From: Trichoplax adhaerens
Lineage: Eukaryota > Animalia > Placozoa
Length of the DNA: 64,000 bases
Direction of reading: 5' to 3'
Assembly: GCF_000150275.1 (NCBI RefSeq)
Contig: NW_002060943.1
Location: 6,186,937-6,250,936 of the forward strand
Part shown: positions 1 through 14,500 of the stretch, in pieces
How the letters are laid out: every line of letters starts with the position of its first letter
Position numbering within the stretch: position 1 is the first letter of the stretch
Notes under the pieces: model-generated
Told to the model about the DNA's origin: nothing
Database searches by the model: none
Seen by the model: the letters and a program-made list of their open reading frames with translations, nothing else
Program-made: the position numbers and the translations under genes

Positions 1-1144
1 TCATTTGGTAGACTATTTATCCCAATCGCTGCAGTTTGTTGGAATATCTATAGAGTAAAGGAAGGCATTATTATTATTTCAGCGTAGGTAAAGATATCCT
101 ATGGTACTGATCATTATTTAGATTGTAGACATTTCAATGCAATATTATTAATGCATTCATGAACCAACTTGATTGATAGTAGTAGCCGGAGTTAATATAG
201 TGTTAAAGTGATGGCAAAGTGTTATTCATGTTGATAAAGATTGCAAAATTATGGCTGTCACAACTAGTAGAGGTACTATTGAACTATTATGACTATTGGA
301 CTAATTACCATTTCATTACCTGATCAGTTGGTGACAATGATGCTAAATTAGCAAGCGTAGTTATAATGTTACTGTCTTCTTCTTGTACGCTGTCATCTAA
401 ATTTGATGCTATCTTGTCGTCCGTTAACAGATCATTGTCAACATTGTTGATATCATCCATTGTCGAATTTATATTATTTGTATGCAATACAGCTTGTTCC
501 TCCATGATGGCTTGTGTAGTACATTGACTTGGATTAGCTATGGCAGGATTTGATGAAGTTAAAGGTAGCTCTAATAAAGTACTAATTGAAGATTTGGAAG
601 TATCACTTTGTTCGGTAGTATTGGAATTATCTTTATCTTTTGTGTCTGTGGATAAATCTGCAGTAGTACTGCTCGATTGATAGGAAGTTGATGTCGTTGT
701 TTTTGGTGATAGAGGTTGTTTAATAGATAATGAAATGGTAGCATTGGTAGTAGACCATGACGTACTTTCCGGCATGACCTAAGTGTCAACAAGTAAAAAG
801 TTAATGGCAATATTACGTTGTGTATTTTATGATATGTAAAGCAATGTTAATCGATGTATAGTGTGACTATATGGACTTTCTCCAATTTGTGATGACGATC
901 AATTTTATATTGATGTCTACACTATCGACAAGAGAAGTAGCGTTAACAATGATGGTTAATAAGATGGAACTATTACTTTTATGAGCGGGGCAAGAAGGGA
1001 AAAAAATGAAGAATAAGAACATAGTTTGTCGATTTTTATCTTTCAGTAAAGGGGAAATTTTGCAAAAATTTCTACTTCTTCAAAGCATGATAAGGAAGAA
1101 CTAACCTCGCTTTCTAAATGACTTTGTATTGGTTCTTTTCCCAT
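1..1144 (-). CDS. Partial gene running off the window start; Ser/Thr/Asp-rich low-complexity N-terminus followed by a possible F-box start
   Basis: Phase-0 compatible GT-AG exons 1144-1106 (MGKEPIQSHLESE), 778-320 (153 codons, the S/T-rich ORF 305..775) and 47-1 (IFQQTAAIGINSLPN[E/D]). 'INSLP.E' resembles the start of an F-box. The start codon is uncertain. Confidence 0.5.
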
Positions 1145-4100
1145 TTGGGTATGACTAAAAGAAGGAAAGAAAGAAATCAATTTAGTGGTGACCAAGTTAT
1201 CAACGGAATAAAATTAAATGATTTAGATGAAAGAGAGTGTCTATTTGATGAATTTATCAACATTAAGATTGTCCATTTATTAGCATAACATTAAGTATAA
1301 GAAATACGTAGATGATCAACTCATCCAGTACGTATGATTGTCGAATATTATCAGATACGTTATTAAGGAAGTCCATCTAAGTAAATCCATCATGTTACTA
1401 CTAATTAATAGCAGTATCGTTTAGAGCATGCACTGTAGTTAAGGTTATATTAATGTAGCAATTCAATATGGATGCATTTATTGAATAACCGGCTGGTTCA
1501 TTTTCAACCATTACCTGTGTATATCGGACGCGTTGTTAACACTTTCAGTCATGTCTATAGCAGCAGTAGGCATGAAGAAGTGTATCCTAGGTGGTAAGCC
1601 TTTCTCATCCAATCCTTAAGATATTAGTCGGTTCTCCTGTTACAAATAGGAAAGATACTGTTAACAATGTCAATAACGTTCTTTTCGATACTTTAACATG
1701 TGCAGTTGGTTGCTTGTGGATAATTGACTGTTATAAAGGCCTGAGGCAACCAGCAGAAGAATGTAAGTGTCCTATGCTATATACCATAACTTGACCATTT
1801 CAATTTTGTTATGACGACGTGCATTAGAAAAAGAGAAGGATTTTACGTCAGCGCAATACTGTCAGTGGTTGTAGTTAGGATAATTTATCAACTATTTCTA
1901 TCAATACTTTGGATCACTAATGGAGAAGGATTGATATCGGTGCAAGACCCCCCTTATTTGTTGTATTTACTGGTTTATTTTAATTATTGCAAAAAGTAAA
2001 TTACTGCATGAATAGGAAGTGCAATTCCGTGCCAAGTTTTAAGCCATTCTCGACTTCTGTGTTTCGCTGTTACTTTAAAGTCATTATTGCAAGAGATGAC
2101 AGACTACATACATGGCTTGTCCACATTGACTGGTATTCTACAAAAAACGGTTTTGAAGAGAATTCAATTGTAATTTATCATTTCTGCTAGTGTAGACATT
2201 GAGTATTTGCATGTAGAGACTATCATTGCCTTAAATTACCATCAAGATAAAACTTGTAACGGCATCCATCATTCTCTATACTCGTATGTCGATTGCCATC
2301 TAGCTACAGAATGAATCGATTGGATTGGATTGATGTCAAGCAAGATTCTGTATCGAGACTGTTCTTTTCTGTACTACATGATGTAATTGATAGAATGAGA
2401 ATGTCATTTTATCGGTAGTGGTACTGGACAAGTTGAAGCATCCCTGAATTCTATAATAAGTCGATATTGAATGGAGGTAATTGCATTACTATTGCAATAG
2501 TCTCCAACAGTCAGAGTACAGTGATTATTTGTTGTTTGAATATTGTTCATGAGAGCATTTACAATAGTGACAATATTGTGCCAGTATACTGCTTGAGAGA
2601 AAGGGATAAAAATCAATGTTGGTTAGTATGATGTCGATTGAGAATTGTCCATGGACGAACAAGGTAGACGGTAGGTTAAGGTATTGTAGCCTGTATCGAT
2701 CGTTGGTGTCGCCAGTGATGATGGTCATTTCCATATTTCTCTCTCTCTCTCTGCCTATCAATCTACTGTGGGTCTATTCTATCGTCGTAGAAAAGCAATT
2801 TAGTCCATTTTATCCTTGATCTATGGTAACGATATGTAGTCCGATGGATGATTCTATCGCGCTAGTTGTATCCATTTTTCTGACTTGATGCCTACCGGTC
2901 CATCATTCTACAGTGTCATGGTGTACAATATGGACAGTCTATCAAGTCATGTAGAGTAAGGATTTGTATCTGAAGTAGACATGGTTGATAGGTATTTTTT
3001 TGGACGTCTACGCCATCTGTAGTCTAGAAGGAATGTTGTCCATGATGGCATGATGGACAAGTCTGTATTGATTCTTAGCCAACCGTACTCAAGCTACAAT
3101 AAGTTGAACTGACGGATGGCTATTAGCATTTTTCTCATTTTAATCATGACAAGAAAATGGACATGTAGCAATGGATTTGCTTTGGAGCTTGACTAATGAT
3201 AAAGAAATGAAGGTGGAAATGAGTTTGTTAATGCATTTGCAATACTGTACTGTCGGTCTATCGGGTTGACAAGGCTATATTGAAGAATGGTTGAACTTGC
3301 AACGTCTTTCTACTAGTATTGACTGAGAACAATATCGTGAGTCAGCATGGGAAAAAAGGGAAAGCGAATGTTTTCACTCTCTTTGCTCTTTCTACTCCAC
3401 TTGATCATGGTTAAGAAAGGTTTTACAAAGATGGAGAATAAAACTCCTGCCATGGATTGGAGGAATGATGTTGTTGAAGACTGTGGTGAAGGCCACTGCA
3501 ATGGGTCTATCGTGACGTAAATGATTATCGCTGGACTCCACTTACGTGGAACACTGAGCATGCAAGATTGAAAAGGGCAAAAGGAAGCAATATTAGCGAC
3601 CATCATGAGCTTAATTGAAACGTTATTGGTGAAAGAATTTCTGCTTCTATTGGTCTACAATCAACATCAGCAGATTGAATTTGTTTGTGCAGGTAGAATC
3701 CTCTGCAGAGCTGGACAATCAAGCTGCAACCTGGCCGCTGCCAACGCAATCCATCGATAACGATGGAGCGTAATCAAGTAGCGTAGAGGAAAAAAAATAG
3801 CAAAAAATGGCGCCATTCTGCCATCGAATTGTACAAAAAGCTTCAAGTTGTAGTAAACGATTGCTAGTCATCAACAACATTTGCCAATCAATTATCAACA
3901 CAGGATAAGATTAAATTGCAACTTGCCTTGGTAGTTTGCTAGTGATGATCAATTTCTTTTGCATTTATACTGTGTTAATTCAATCCCTTCCACACTGTCG
4001 TTGGACACTGTCAGTCAGTGGTGTTACACGGTACAGTACCGGTCCTGTCATGGTCTCTACCCGGGGTCGAATCCGCCCGCATTGGTTGTGCCCAGGGGCT

Positions 4101-4489
4101 GGGAGTGCGGGATGTGATTGACAAGCGTGGTTGGCGCCGATGACGACTGTATACTGGAAGCAGGACGCTTGTGCCATCTTTCATCCACTACACTGCCTGT
4201 TTTATCGGCCAATCCACACTCGTCCAGGGGCAATCCGTCGGATGCATGCCATGATGATGATGTGGGGTGGGCCAGCCACCCCTCCCGCCATTGACAGTAC
4301 TTTCTACTGTCAATGGGGATTGATGAAAGCTTAGGCTAGGGCCTAGGCGTACTGACGTACAGTGTACAGTGCACAGGCAAGAGTGTACACTGTACACTGT
4401 ACAGTACTGTAGGCCACCCTAGCCTATTGACATCCTCTGCAGTGCCATAGCTACAGTCCACGCTGCATAGTACTGTACAGTACAGTATA

Positions 4490-5145
4490 GACAGTACTGT
4501 ACTGTAGGCAATGTACTGTACTCTACTCTACACTGCATAGTACTGCAGTCGCTTGCACTGGGCACACTCACGCACCCCTTCCAGTACAGTAGAACACTAC
4601 AGTACTGGTACTGTACTCCACACTGCATAGTACTGTAGTCGCTTGCACTGGGCACACTCACGCACCGCTTCTAGTACAGTAGATTATGACAGTACTGGTA
4701 CTGTACGCCACACTGCATAGTACTGTAATCGCTTGCACCGCGCACACTCATGCACCTGTTCCAGTACAGTAGAACACTACAGTACTGGTACTGTACGCCA
4801 TACTGCATAGTACTGTACTGTATGTACTGTAGTCGCTTGCACTGGGCACACTCACGCACCTCTTCCAGTACAGTACTGTAGAACACTACAGTACTGGTAC
4901 TGTACTCCACACTGCATAGTACTGTAGTCGCTTGCACCGCGCACACTCATGCACCTGTTCCAGTACAGTAGAACACTACAGTACTGGTACTGTACGCCAT
5001 ACTGCATAGTACTGTATGTACTGTAGTCGCTTGCACTGGGCACACTCACGCACCCCTTCCAGTACAGTACAGTACAGTACAGTACAGTACAGTACAACGC
5101 TACAGTACTGGTACTGTAATCCACACTACATAGTACTGTAGTCGT
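4490..5145. repeat. Tandem minisatellite with a 90-bp unit, about 7 copies, ending in a (TACAG)n expansion
   Basis: Anchor (c/t)actgcatagtactg recurs at 4531, 4621, 4711, 4801, ~4910, ~5000 and ~5122. The core unit is cactgcatagtactgtagtcgcttgcactgggcacactcacgcacc..ttccagtacagtagaacactacagtactggtactgtac. Confidence 0.95.
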
Positions 5146-5587
5146 CGACACACTCGTTAAAAAAAAGCCCGGGTTTTTGAAGCCATTGCACCAGGCTAGA
5201 CGTAATCCCAAGTGGGTGCTGCTGGTCATGGGTACACTATGGTCGATTGCAGGTGTTTGAGTAGGTGTCTCGAGTTGTCAGCCCATCTTGTGTTCGACTG
5301 GCCCAAAAGCTCGTGCTCCTCATCGTATCCATACCTGTACCCAGTAGTACAGTAGAGACCAGAGAGAGTAGATTGAGCCACAGTACGGTAGTCAAGCCGA
5401 CGGCCAAGCTGAAAGGTATCATCGCGATTTATTCATAGTGGAGGCGCAGCAAGGAGTTGAGCGCTACTTGCAGCTTGGATATTCCGTCGTTGAATTGCAA
5501 TCGGTCAAGTATTCTGTGGTAGAAATCAATTTTAATTGCTGTTGGTGATTGTACAACTATTCTCCTTGAGGCTGCACGTAGCTGAAG

Positions 5588-8500
5588 ATGAAAGCTCGCT
5601 ATTTTAGTAGCTTCTGTCTACTATTTGCATTGGTGCTATGTAAAGATTATCCTCATTTAAACGTACCTCAAGTCCTCTTGCCCTATACACCCAGTGGAAG
5701 TAGCTCGGCTTCATTTGTTATTCAAGGATTGCAAAATGGCTGCTACTTTTGGTAATTTCATATTTTGATAGCCTACAGTGACAACGTGTTGACGGTACTA
5801 CAAGCAAATAAAACGACATTACCATTGCAGGATGAATTCGACAGTCTTCTAGTCTGCTTCATAACATCGTCAGCTTGGACATACCACATTGCAGTAGTCA
5901 ATCCAAGTATAGTAGGACATCGTCCAACATCGGTGCACTACAATGGATAGTAACGACAGTAGCATGCAATTGCGATTAGTCAGTCCATTAGACAGTGGAT
6001 ACGATCCTACTCCATCATGGATACCCAATAGCTTAGCATAGCCTCGTCACCATATCGCCAATCTACGATGTAGAGTAGAGCTTGGATGGATCAAGCTACA
6101 TGCAAAGTCGGTCATGTCGAGCTGTGGCTTGCTTTCATCAAGTCACATTCTTCATGAACTGACATCGTACTGTACTGTAGGATAATGTCAATGCCATTCT
6201 TGTCATATGTATTTTGTTGCCTTAATTAAAACCATACTGGATGATCAATCTCGACCTACTTTATTACCTATTAGGACTTCTTCCAATCCGGAGGTCATAC
6301 CGGTAATGCCGATCTTTTCTGGTCCATGTAAGTCTTGTCGTCATCACTACTTGAAATCCTTGCAAGTCTACTTCAGTGTGTAGTAGATTGACGAGGGGAC
6401 AACAATTCACCTATTGATAGTCAGGATATTGCAATAAGAAGGACCGTTGTATGCTAAACTGTTACTAAATTGGAGCCGTATGACAACGATCATACAGTAC
6501 TATGCAATACAACTTTTGCATCAATAGCATTATTACACGATACAAGCTGCAATCTTGTACAACACATCTCTACAGCAGCAGCTGCAGTAGCAGACATTCC
6601 TACATTGATCGTGGATGCACTAATACCTTGACTAATTTATCAATCAATTCTCTAATTTTAAAATTCTTTTCCTCATGTTTAGCATCGCAAGCTCGTGGCT
6701 GCTCCAACAGTGCCATAGTCACTACAACTTCAGTTGGACCAACCCGTCAATCAGCTTTAATACTTGCTGAAGATAGTTAGTAGTCTCTATACTCTACTAT
6801 AATTTGCATTGATACGCGTACACTCTTCTACTATACTACAACTAATTTTTCACTCAAACAACTTGTGTTATGCCTTCTTCTAGTCTCGGGTGAAATTTTG
6901 CAATCGAATGTCGCCGTCGATAAAATTGTACGTATCGAAATTATGTCTACATCTCGCTTGTTGCTGTTAGGTCAAGCACCAGCTATTTACTACGTCAAGG
7001 CGTATGACAAAATAGGTACAGTAATCAGGATGATTTATGAATAATATTGTAATACTGCTGTATGTTAGGGTAAAGCTTGCATAATTGTAATGAAACTTTT
7101 CTTATCCCTTCGCCAATGCTCAAGTATCATTTCTCTACTGCAATAGGTGCACTAGACTTTAGTACGCGTGTACAGTAAAAGTATTACGTATAAATATCCA
7201 ATTAAGAGTAGAGAGAGAGAGTAATTCATTGCACCTTTCATATTACCGTATGCATTCTTAAAATCGGATTTAAAATCTTGTAGTAATGCTGTCAGCACTA
7301 CTGATACTCAATCTCAATGACTTAAGCCACACCTATATCAAGATGAATTAAAATGCCTTTTTGCTTAATAACAATTTGCAGGCAATGTATTCTCAAATGT
7401 GAGCGGTTTCGCTGTTGATTGGTTTCTATCAAATGCCCCTAATAGTAATATCGATGCCAATAATGTGCTTAGGTAAAGTAATGGATTATTAAATTTCTAC
7501 AGCGTGGCGACAGCTACCCAATAACTACCAAATGGTGCATGCTTTCATTATACTTTTTCATTGTCATAGGATTATGCCGGGACGTGAACAAGCTCGAAAT
7601 TGTGATTGCAACGGAGTTTGCACCCAAATCTCTGTAAGTAAAAGGGGTACAGTTCATTTATTATTTTTTATCCATATTGTAATCATTACATTTGATTTGT
7701 AAATCATGACCTCAAAAAGTAGCCCCAATTTTTCTCCTAGTAATGTAAATTACTAATAAAAAAATTCCACATCTTGTTATAATAAAATACGTCCACTAAT
7801 GACTACCAAAGCCAAATACAGTTGCCAATAGTGTTTTGGCCGAAGGAATTAATACCGGCTCGGCGATGCTTTGTGCCAGATTGGCGGACCTGACGTTCAA
7901 GGTATATTCCATCAAATCAATCATTTTCATTACTATCTATATGCACTATCATTACTTCACCGCTAAAGTAGTAGTTGGCGCCAATGCTTTTGACAGAACC
8001 AGCTTTACTTTTCGTCAGGAGTCAACCTAATTGATCCTTTTTTGTTTAACCTTTTTACTAGAATATCCTTCCCAGTAGATTAAGGATACAGGTGATAGAT
8101 AATGTCATGCTGGTTCCATCAGATGATATTTACATTTTGGTAGGGGCACGGGTTCGCTTTCAAGTTTTCAGGCTAATTCAAGAGCAGCAACGTGGTAAAC
8201 TAGATTTAAACTGCTAATCTCACGCCATAGTCATAGCGAAAGTGGATAACTCAAAGTATCATTGTATTTATTCTACGTGTTTTGTTACACAGAGGTAAAA
8301 TTTCCATCTGAACTGTATGCCTTCGATGTGAGTAACAAATCTATAATTGACATGAAAGAGATTGAGTCAGTGATTACGGCCAAAAATATCGGCGATAGTG
8401 TTGTTTCCCTCGTCGACAAAAGTAAGAAAGATAACGTTCTACAATTAGCGATGATCCTTTAAAAGACATTCGACTATTACTGATCCTTTTCCTTGGTATT

Positions 8501-11500
8501 ATAGATATTCAACAAAGTCAAATTGACTACCGGCCAAATTGTGAAGTGCATGTCGTAGAACCGGCATATCTAGGCTTTACAGTCTTACCTGATAGAGTAT
8601 GGGTTCTCGAAAGTGGCAGACAGTACACCGTTATCATTGACTTATACGATCGAGATTCAAATAGAATACAGATATCGGAGGTTATAAAGATAACATAAAT
8701 ACAACAAACATTTCTATTGAATACGGAATGCTAATTTTCTCTCAATATCTTATACCCAGGGTACCGTTATAAAGTCTGCATTTCCAAAGGACTACTTTTT
8801 AGTGCATTATTCTACTTCAAATGGGTCTTATCATCAAATACAAGCTATCAAAGCTGGAAATGTTACCATTACTGCTAGCTTATCACAAATTTGGGTATTG
8901 TGATATTATATTGTATTAACTATCATGCTATCTACATACGATATACTATATTACCGTATAAAGTAAGTTTAAATAATATTGCTTATGAAATGTTTCTTAC
9001 AGCTAGCAGCAGACAAGAAACACTTGAATCTCAAGCAGGCAGTCATTGGTGACCAAGATGTAAACATATTCAAACCGATTTCTTTACAACCTCCGATTCT
9101 GGTATTTCCATGGACTACAGTTGGCCAACTAGATTGTAGCTATAAATTGAGAGTAAGCATGGCAACATTTCTATTGACTGTAAAAAAGCTGACATTGAGC
9201 TGCTTCTTCATTTTTTTTTCACATGGATATTACTTTGCCATATTCTATAGATTAACGGTGGTAGCGGATCTTATTATTGGTCTACATCACAAGCTAACGT
9301 GGCAACTGTCAATACTAAGGGCCTTGTAAAAGCCCGAAATTTTGGTCAAACTACTATTAAAGCTATCGATATTAGAAATTCCAATCATTTCAGTACTGCT
9401 GAAGTAGGTCAACAAGATTCTTACCATGTACTATTATTGCACATCACTTAAACTCATCCATCATTGATTATCCACTAGGTGTATGTATCTTATCCTTACG
9501 GAATGAAATTTGTGTCACCGCCTGTGGAAACTGCAGCAGGGGAATCTTTAACTTTAGATTTAAGAATGTGGACAACGGTAGACGATGGTCGAACTTTGAA
9601 CTTTTTATTGTGTGATAACTTTCCAATCGACATTATGTCATCCGATTTAAACATTTTCACCGTTGATGAGACTCGCAAACCTGGTACATCCAAATATCTT
9701 TGTTAATCGTAATTAGATAAATAAGCAGACGGTTTAACATGGTTTTTTCTTTGCTAAATATCAAATAGGTAACTTTAACGATAGTTGTTTGGCGATCGTT
9801 ATCCACTGTATCAATCCAGGGTCCGCTAGGCTACACGCATCCTATACCGATGCAGGATCAGTTAGTCTGACCGCTGAAGAGATAGTAACTTGTTTTGACC
9901 CTCTTCAGGTAGATAAATAATGTACTTAGATATAGAAATGTTTATAGTTAGGACCAAATTAATAGAAAGCTTACCTCATTTCAAATGTTAGGTTGTTGAT
10001 CCTTCGGGTATTGCTATTGTATCACTGTACTCTTCTGTTACGATAACTTCGATTGGAGGTCCCAAGCCAAGATCATTCGACAGAAGTTCGTATTTCGAAT
10101 CCGTAATCCCTGCCGAACCTGATCAAGTATCTTTAGAATTATTATCCCCCAGCGATATGCCCACACGACTATCTCTAGCTACAGACAATATCCATGTTCA
10201 TCGCGTTACTTGTACACAGTTAGGGGAACAAATTCTTACTATTTCTGTTGGTAACAGGAAGTCTCTTGGATTTCCTTTTTCTGTCAGTAGTTCCGTAACC
10301 TTTAGGTAACGTAAATCAATCACTACTGAAAATCTTTTTAAAAAATAAAAATATAATTATATATTACGATCAACAGCATACTTCCTACGTCTATCTAGTG
10401 ACAATTGGATATTTTACATGTGGTTGCCTATATTAAAATTAAAATTAGCTGTCATTATTAATTTCTGTATAGATTCATGTGTACTATACCAGATGCGCTT
10501 AAAATGGAACCGGTACTCACACTTTTACCAGATTTTGATGTTATTCCTTGCTATCAATGGCTAGAAGAGAAAGTCCTAAAACATCCAGTTCGAAATGATC
10601 AATCATTTCCTATTCGTCTATCTATGATTGATGCAAATGGACGCTATTTCAATAACTTTTCATCTATACAATTAACGTGGCATTCTAAAAATCAAGAGCT
10701 AGCAAGTATGGCAGATGTATCAGATTACGAGTGGATTAATAATCATACATCAGGTAAAACTTTATTTTACGAATTTGGCGATAACATTGTCAGCGGCTAT
10801 GCGAAAAGAATTAAATTCATAATTTGATACTTATTTTAATCTCGGATTTAGAATTGAGGTTAGTACGTACAGCTGCAACTGAAGGTTCTGTCATCATTCA
10901 GAGCTCGATTAATGGATATAAAGTCAACATACAACCTAAACAAAAATCATTGCCGCCATTAAGTGTGTCGCTGATTTTGCAATTAATTTCTCCTCCACGT
11001 ATATCACCTGCTGCGTTGAATATTTTTAATCACCATAATATTACAGTAAGTTAATCAAATTTTTCAATCTTTCTTTATGAAGTATTTGATATTAACTCCT
11101 TGTATGCTTATAGGAACAACTTTCTATTATTCATGGATCTGGTCACTTTCGAATTGAAGGAAGCCACGCGAATATTAACGTAACTCGAATATCATCTTCT
11201 AAACTGAGAATTATTCCTCTCCGCGAGGGTACCACATCTTTATTTGTAAGAGATTTGTGCCTCGACACAGATACTACTCCTGCGAAGGCTACGATGAGAG
11301 TATTAAGGCTTTCGAGTATAGAAGTTCATGTGATAGATCTCATTGAGATGGGAAGTGAAACCACTGCATATGCTAAATTGATTGACAGTTCTGGCTTTCC
11401 ATTGCCTTCTCGCTATCTAAATTTAGTTAAATTGTCAGCTCGTAGTTCTTCGAAAAATTTGGAGATCACGTAAGTGAAATCGCGATATTTGGTATTAAAA

Positions 11501-14500
11501 ATTTTGTTTGTTACATTGAAGATATTTCGTCATCTTTTCTACCCAATTAGGCTTGTAGAAGTTACAAAGTCAGACTCTGGTGATACTGCAGTTTATAAAC
11601 TTCGAGGATTATCTGTAGGCTACGCAACTGTAGTTTGGTCAGGAGAATCTAGCGCTATAGGACCTCCTTTAAGCGTTTCTCGAGAAATTTATGTTTTCCC
11701 GCCGATGTCTGTCTTCCCAACTAGCTTAGTTCTTGTCCCATCGGCAGAAATTCAGGTGAATTCCCAATGCTTGTATTATTAACAAGATATTTGAAAGCAT
11801 TGGCTTTAATATATTTATTTACACTATCATTGTTATCGGTATTTAATGTGTTTAAAAATTTACATATTGGCAGATAAGTTGTTATGGTGGACCACCAACA
11901 CAGGCTCAAGTTTTGTTTCATTCATTAACTAATGACATCGCTGTAGTAGATAGTAAAGGCCTCGTACAAGCGAAAAATATTGGCAGAACTTTGATTGAGG
12001 TTGTAATGCAGGCCGTCGATGCCTCAACTGGAAAAGTTAGAACCTACTCTAAGACCTCAGTGCCTGTTACCGTCACTAGATTGACGGGTGTTAAGATCTT
12101 TGCGTCAACAAATCGTTTAGTAACGGGATCTACGGTATACATGTTTTATTAGAAATGATATTTATATAAACCTATAATATAGATTGCAATATTGAAACAT
12201 GTTACATAAATTTCTACAATAATATATATATAATTGTACAACATCTTTTAAAATTGCTATACTTGACCCTGCTTAGATGTCAGTTTACGCAGTTGGATTA
12301 ACCGATGAAACTCCGATTAGCTTCGGAAGCGCAATGCCACGAATTAAATTTAATTGGATATCGTCCAACGATGAAGTCATTACAATATCATCTATTTATT
12401 CTAATGTACGCATTGTATTATTGTCTCTGATACGAGCCAGATATTCTCAATCATTATTTAATGCCTTGGTCATGTTTTTTGATGATAGAGTGGAATTAAC
12501 TACGAAGACGAAAGCGATTTTGCGGTTCGTGTAACAAGTAAAAGTGCTGGAGAATCCCATGTTACGCTGACGGTAGATCAAACAGAAACTAGTATCAGTA
12601 GATACTTTGAAATTGGAGCAGTCTTATCTGCTGAGCAAAAGTTTGAGGTTTGTGAAAGTGTATTATCAATTATGAAATAAAAAATATTCTTACTGTTTCC
12701 ATCAAAGATAGTGAGTTCCGCATTGCTGTAGTACTGATATCACTTTGAATATTATTAAGTGAGTTATCTACATCTTAGTCATACCATATGTTCATTTTCA
12801 TTGACAGGTTTCCAAAGCTCTACAAGTAATTTATCCAGTATCATGTCAATTGAGATTACCGTATCGTTCGGAAACTCAACTAAAAACAAATTTGGATGGA
12901 CTTGCTAAATTAACGTTCAGTATTAGCGGTAAAACATCGGTTGCAACAATTGATGACCAGAGACGTATAACTACTGGTAGTGATGCTGGTAGAGTCACAA
13001 TTTTTGCATCATCTGTGGATAAATTGGGTTTGAATCAGACTGTTGCAATAAATTTGGAGGTACTGTTCTGTTATTGAATTATTCGATAAAATCTCTATTA
13101 GTAAATCTCTCTTATCTATTTCATATTTACCATAGGTAAAACCAGTTGTAGCGATATCCATTGAAAGTTTATCTACTTTAAGAGTTACGACTACGAACCA
13201 AACGCACAAATTTCCTATTGGTGCAACCATCAAGTTCAGAGTTAATTTATTAGATAGTTCAGGACAACGTCTAGACGATGTTGCCTATAAATTAGAATAT
13301 CAATTAAATCGTTTTGATATTGTCCATATATCGCGAGAAACTAACAGTAACGTTTATACCATTAAAACGATTAGCCCTGGTCAGGTTATTTGGCATGTAA
13401 GTTACCATTGTTGAAACGTTTATACTAAACTTACTTTCTTGTGGATTTCTGTGTTGTTACATAATTGTCAAAGTACATTCCATCTGATGAAACATTAAAA
13501 ATGTGAACGTTTTGTTACAGGTATGGGATCAATCATCAACGTCTATCAGTGATCATATTCGAATCACTGTTGACCATGCGGTTGTACCTCGATCACTGTC
13601 AATATTATCTGGCTTTTCCACATATATTAAAACTGCTTTAACGAAACATCCTACTGGGGTTTGGTCCTCCGATGAAAGCAATATTGTAGAAGTTGATAGT
13701 AATAGCGGTATCATAACAGCTCTGAAAGCTGGCTCAGCAGTTATTTATTACAATGTGAAAGGATTACTATCCCTAAGTTGTGATGTAAGTTAGATTTTTG
13801 CCTAAGCAATTACAGTAATAATGTGTTGTTGATATTTACATGATTCACTTTTTGCTTAGGTCGTTGTGAATCGTATTGCTAAAGTTTCTTTGCATAGCGG
13901 TTCTCAGAAATTTGTCACAAACGTCTATGATGGCATGCAATTTACAAAACAACCCGTTCATTATGTTTCTAAAGTGACGTTTGCCTCATCTGGTAATGAA
14001 CTCAACGCATTTTCAGGCCATCTTGTAGAATCCAGGGCCTCAAAGTTGTTCAGTTGTAACTTACGTTTAAAGGATGGTTACCGAGACTTTGACGCTGATG
14101 ATATCTTCGACGTAGAATCGATTGTCAATACATCACGAAGTTTAACATATTGTCAGATTAATCCTCGTCGAACAGGTCAATTTTTTGCCTTAATTTTAAA
14201 TTAAAATTAAGGATTCGAATAACGTTGTATTACTTTTACGTTACAGATCGTTCTCTAGCGTCTTCAGTCAGTACAATCGACAATGTAATCTTAGAATTGA
14301 CAGCCTCTACTACAAATTTGGATCGCAACCCAACAATAGAATCAGAAGTGGAAACAGTTCGTTTCATACCTGCCTTTGTTATCAGCAAATTAAGCATTAT
14401 TTTAACAGATAGCCATAAATCTGATAGTCTTACGGTATTTGGTATACCTCTTCAACTGAAGAATTTAGAGGTATTTATCTTGAATTTAAATAACACCAAA

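Noticed and set aside
4329-4347. Telomere-like ttaggc/ctaggg hexamers suggesting a telomerase RNA template
   Set aside because: There is no proper 1.5-repeat CTAACCCTAA-type template, and the hexamers are explained as the hairpin arm.
4490-5145. CRISPR-like array
   Set aside because: Whole units repeat with no unique spacers, there are no cas genes, and the context is eukaryotic and intron-containing.
4419-5229. Cys/Tyr-rich 30-aa repeat ORFs on the minus strand (VSVPSASDYSTMQCGVQYQYCSVLLYWKGC)
   Set aside because: They are translations of the 90-bp minisatellite. Non-triplet pentamer insertions break the frame repeatedly and there is no recognisable domain or splice context.
8062-8072. ATATCCTT as a possible U12-type (AT-AC) donor in NUP210
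   Set aside because: It lies just after an AG acceptor and reads in frame as exon sequence (NILPSRLRIQV).
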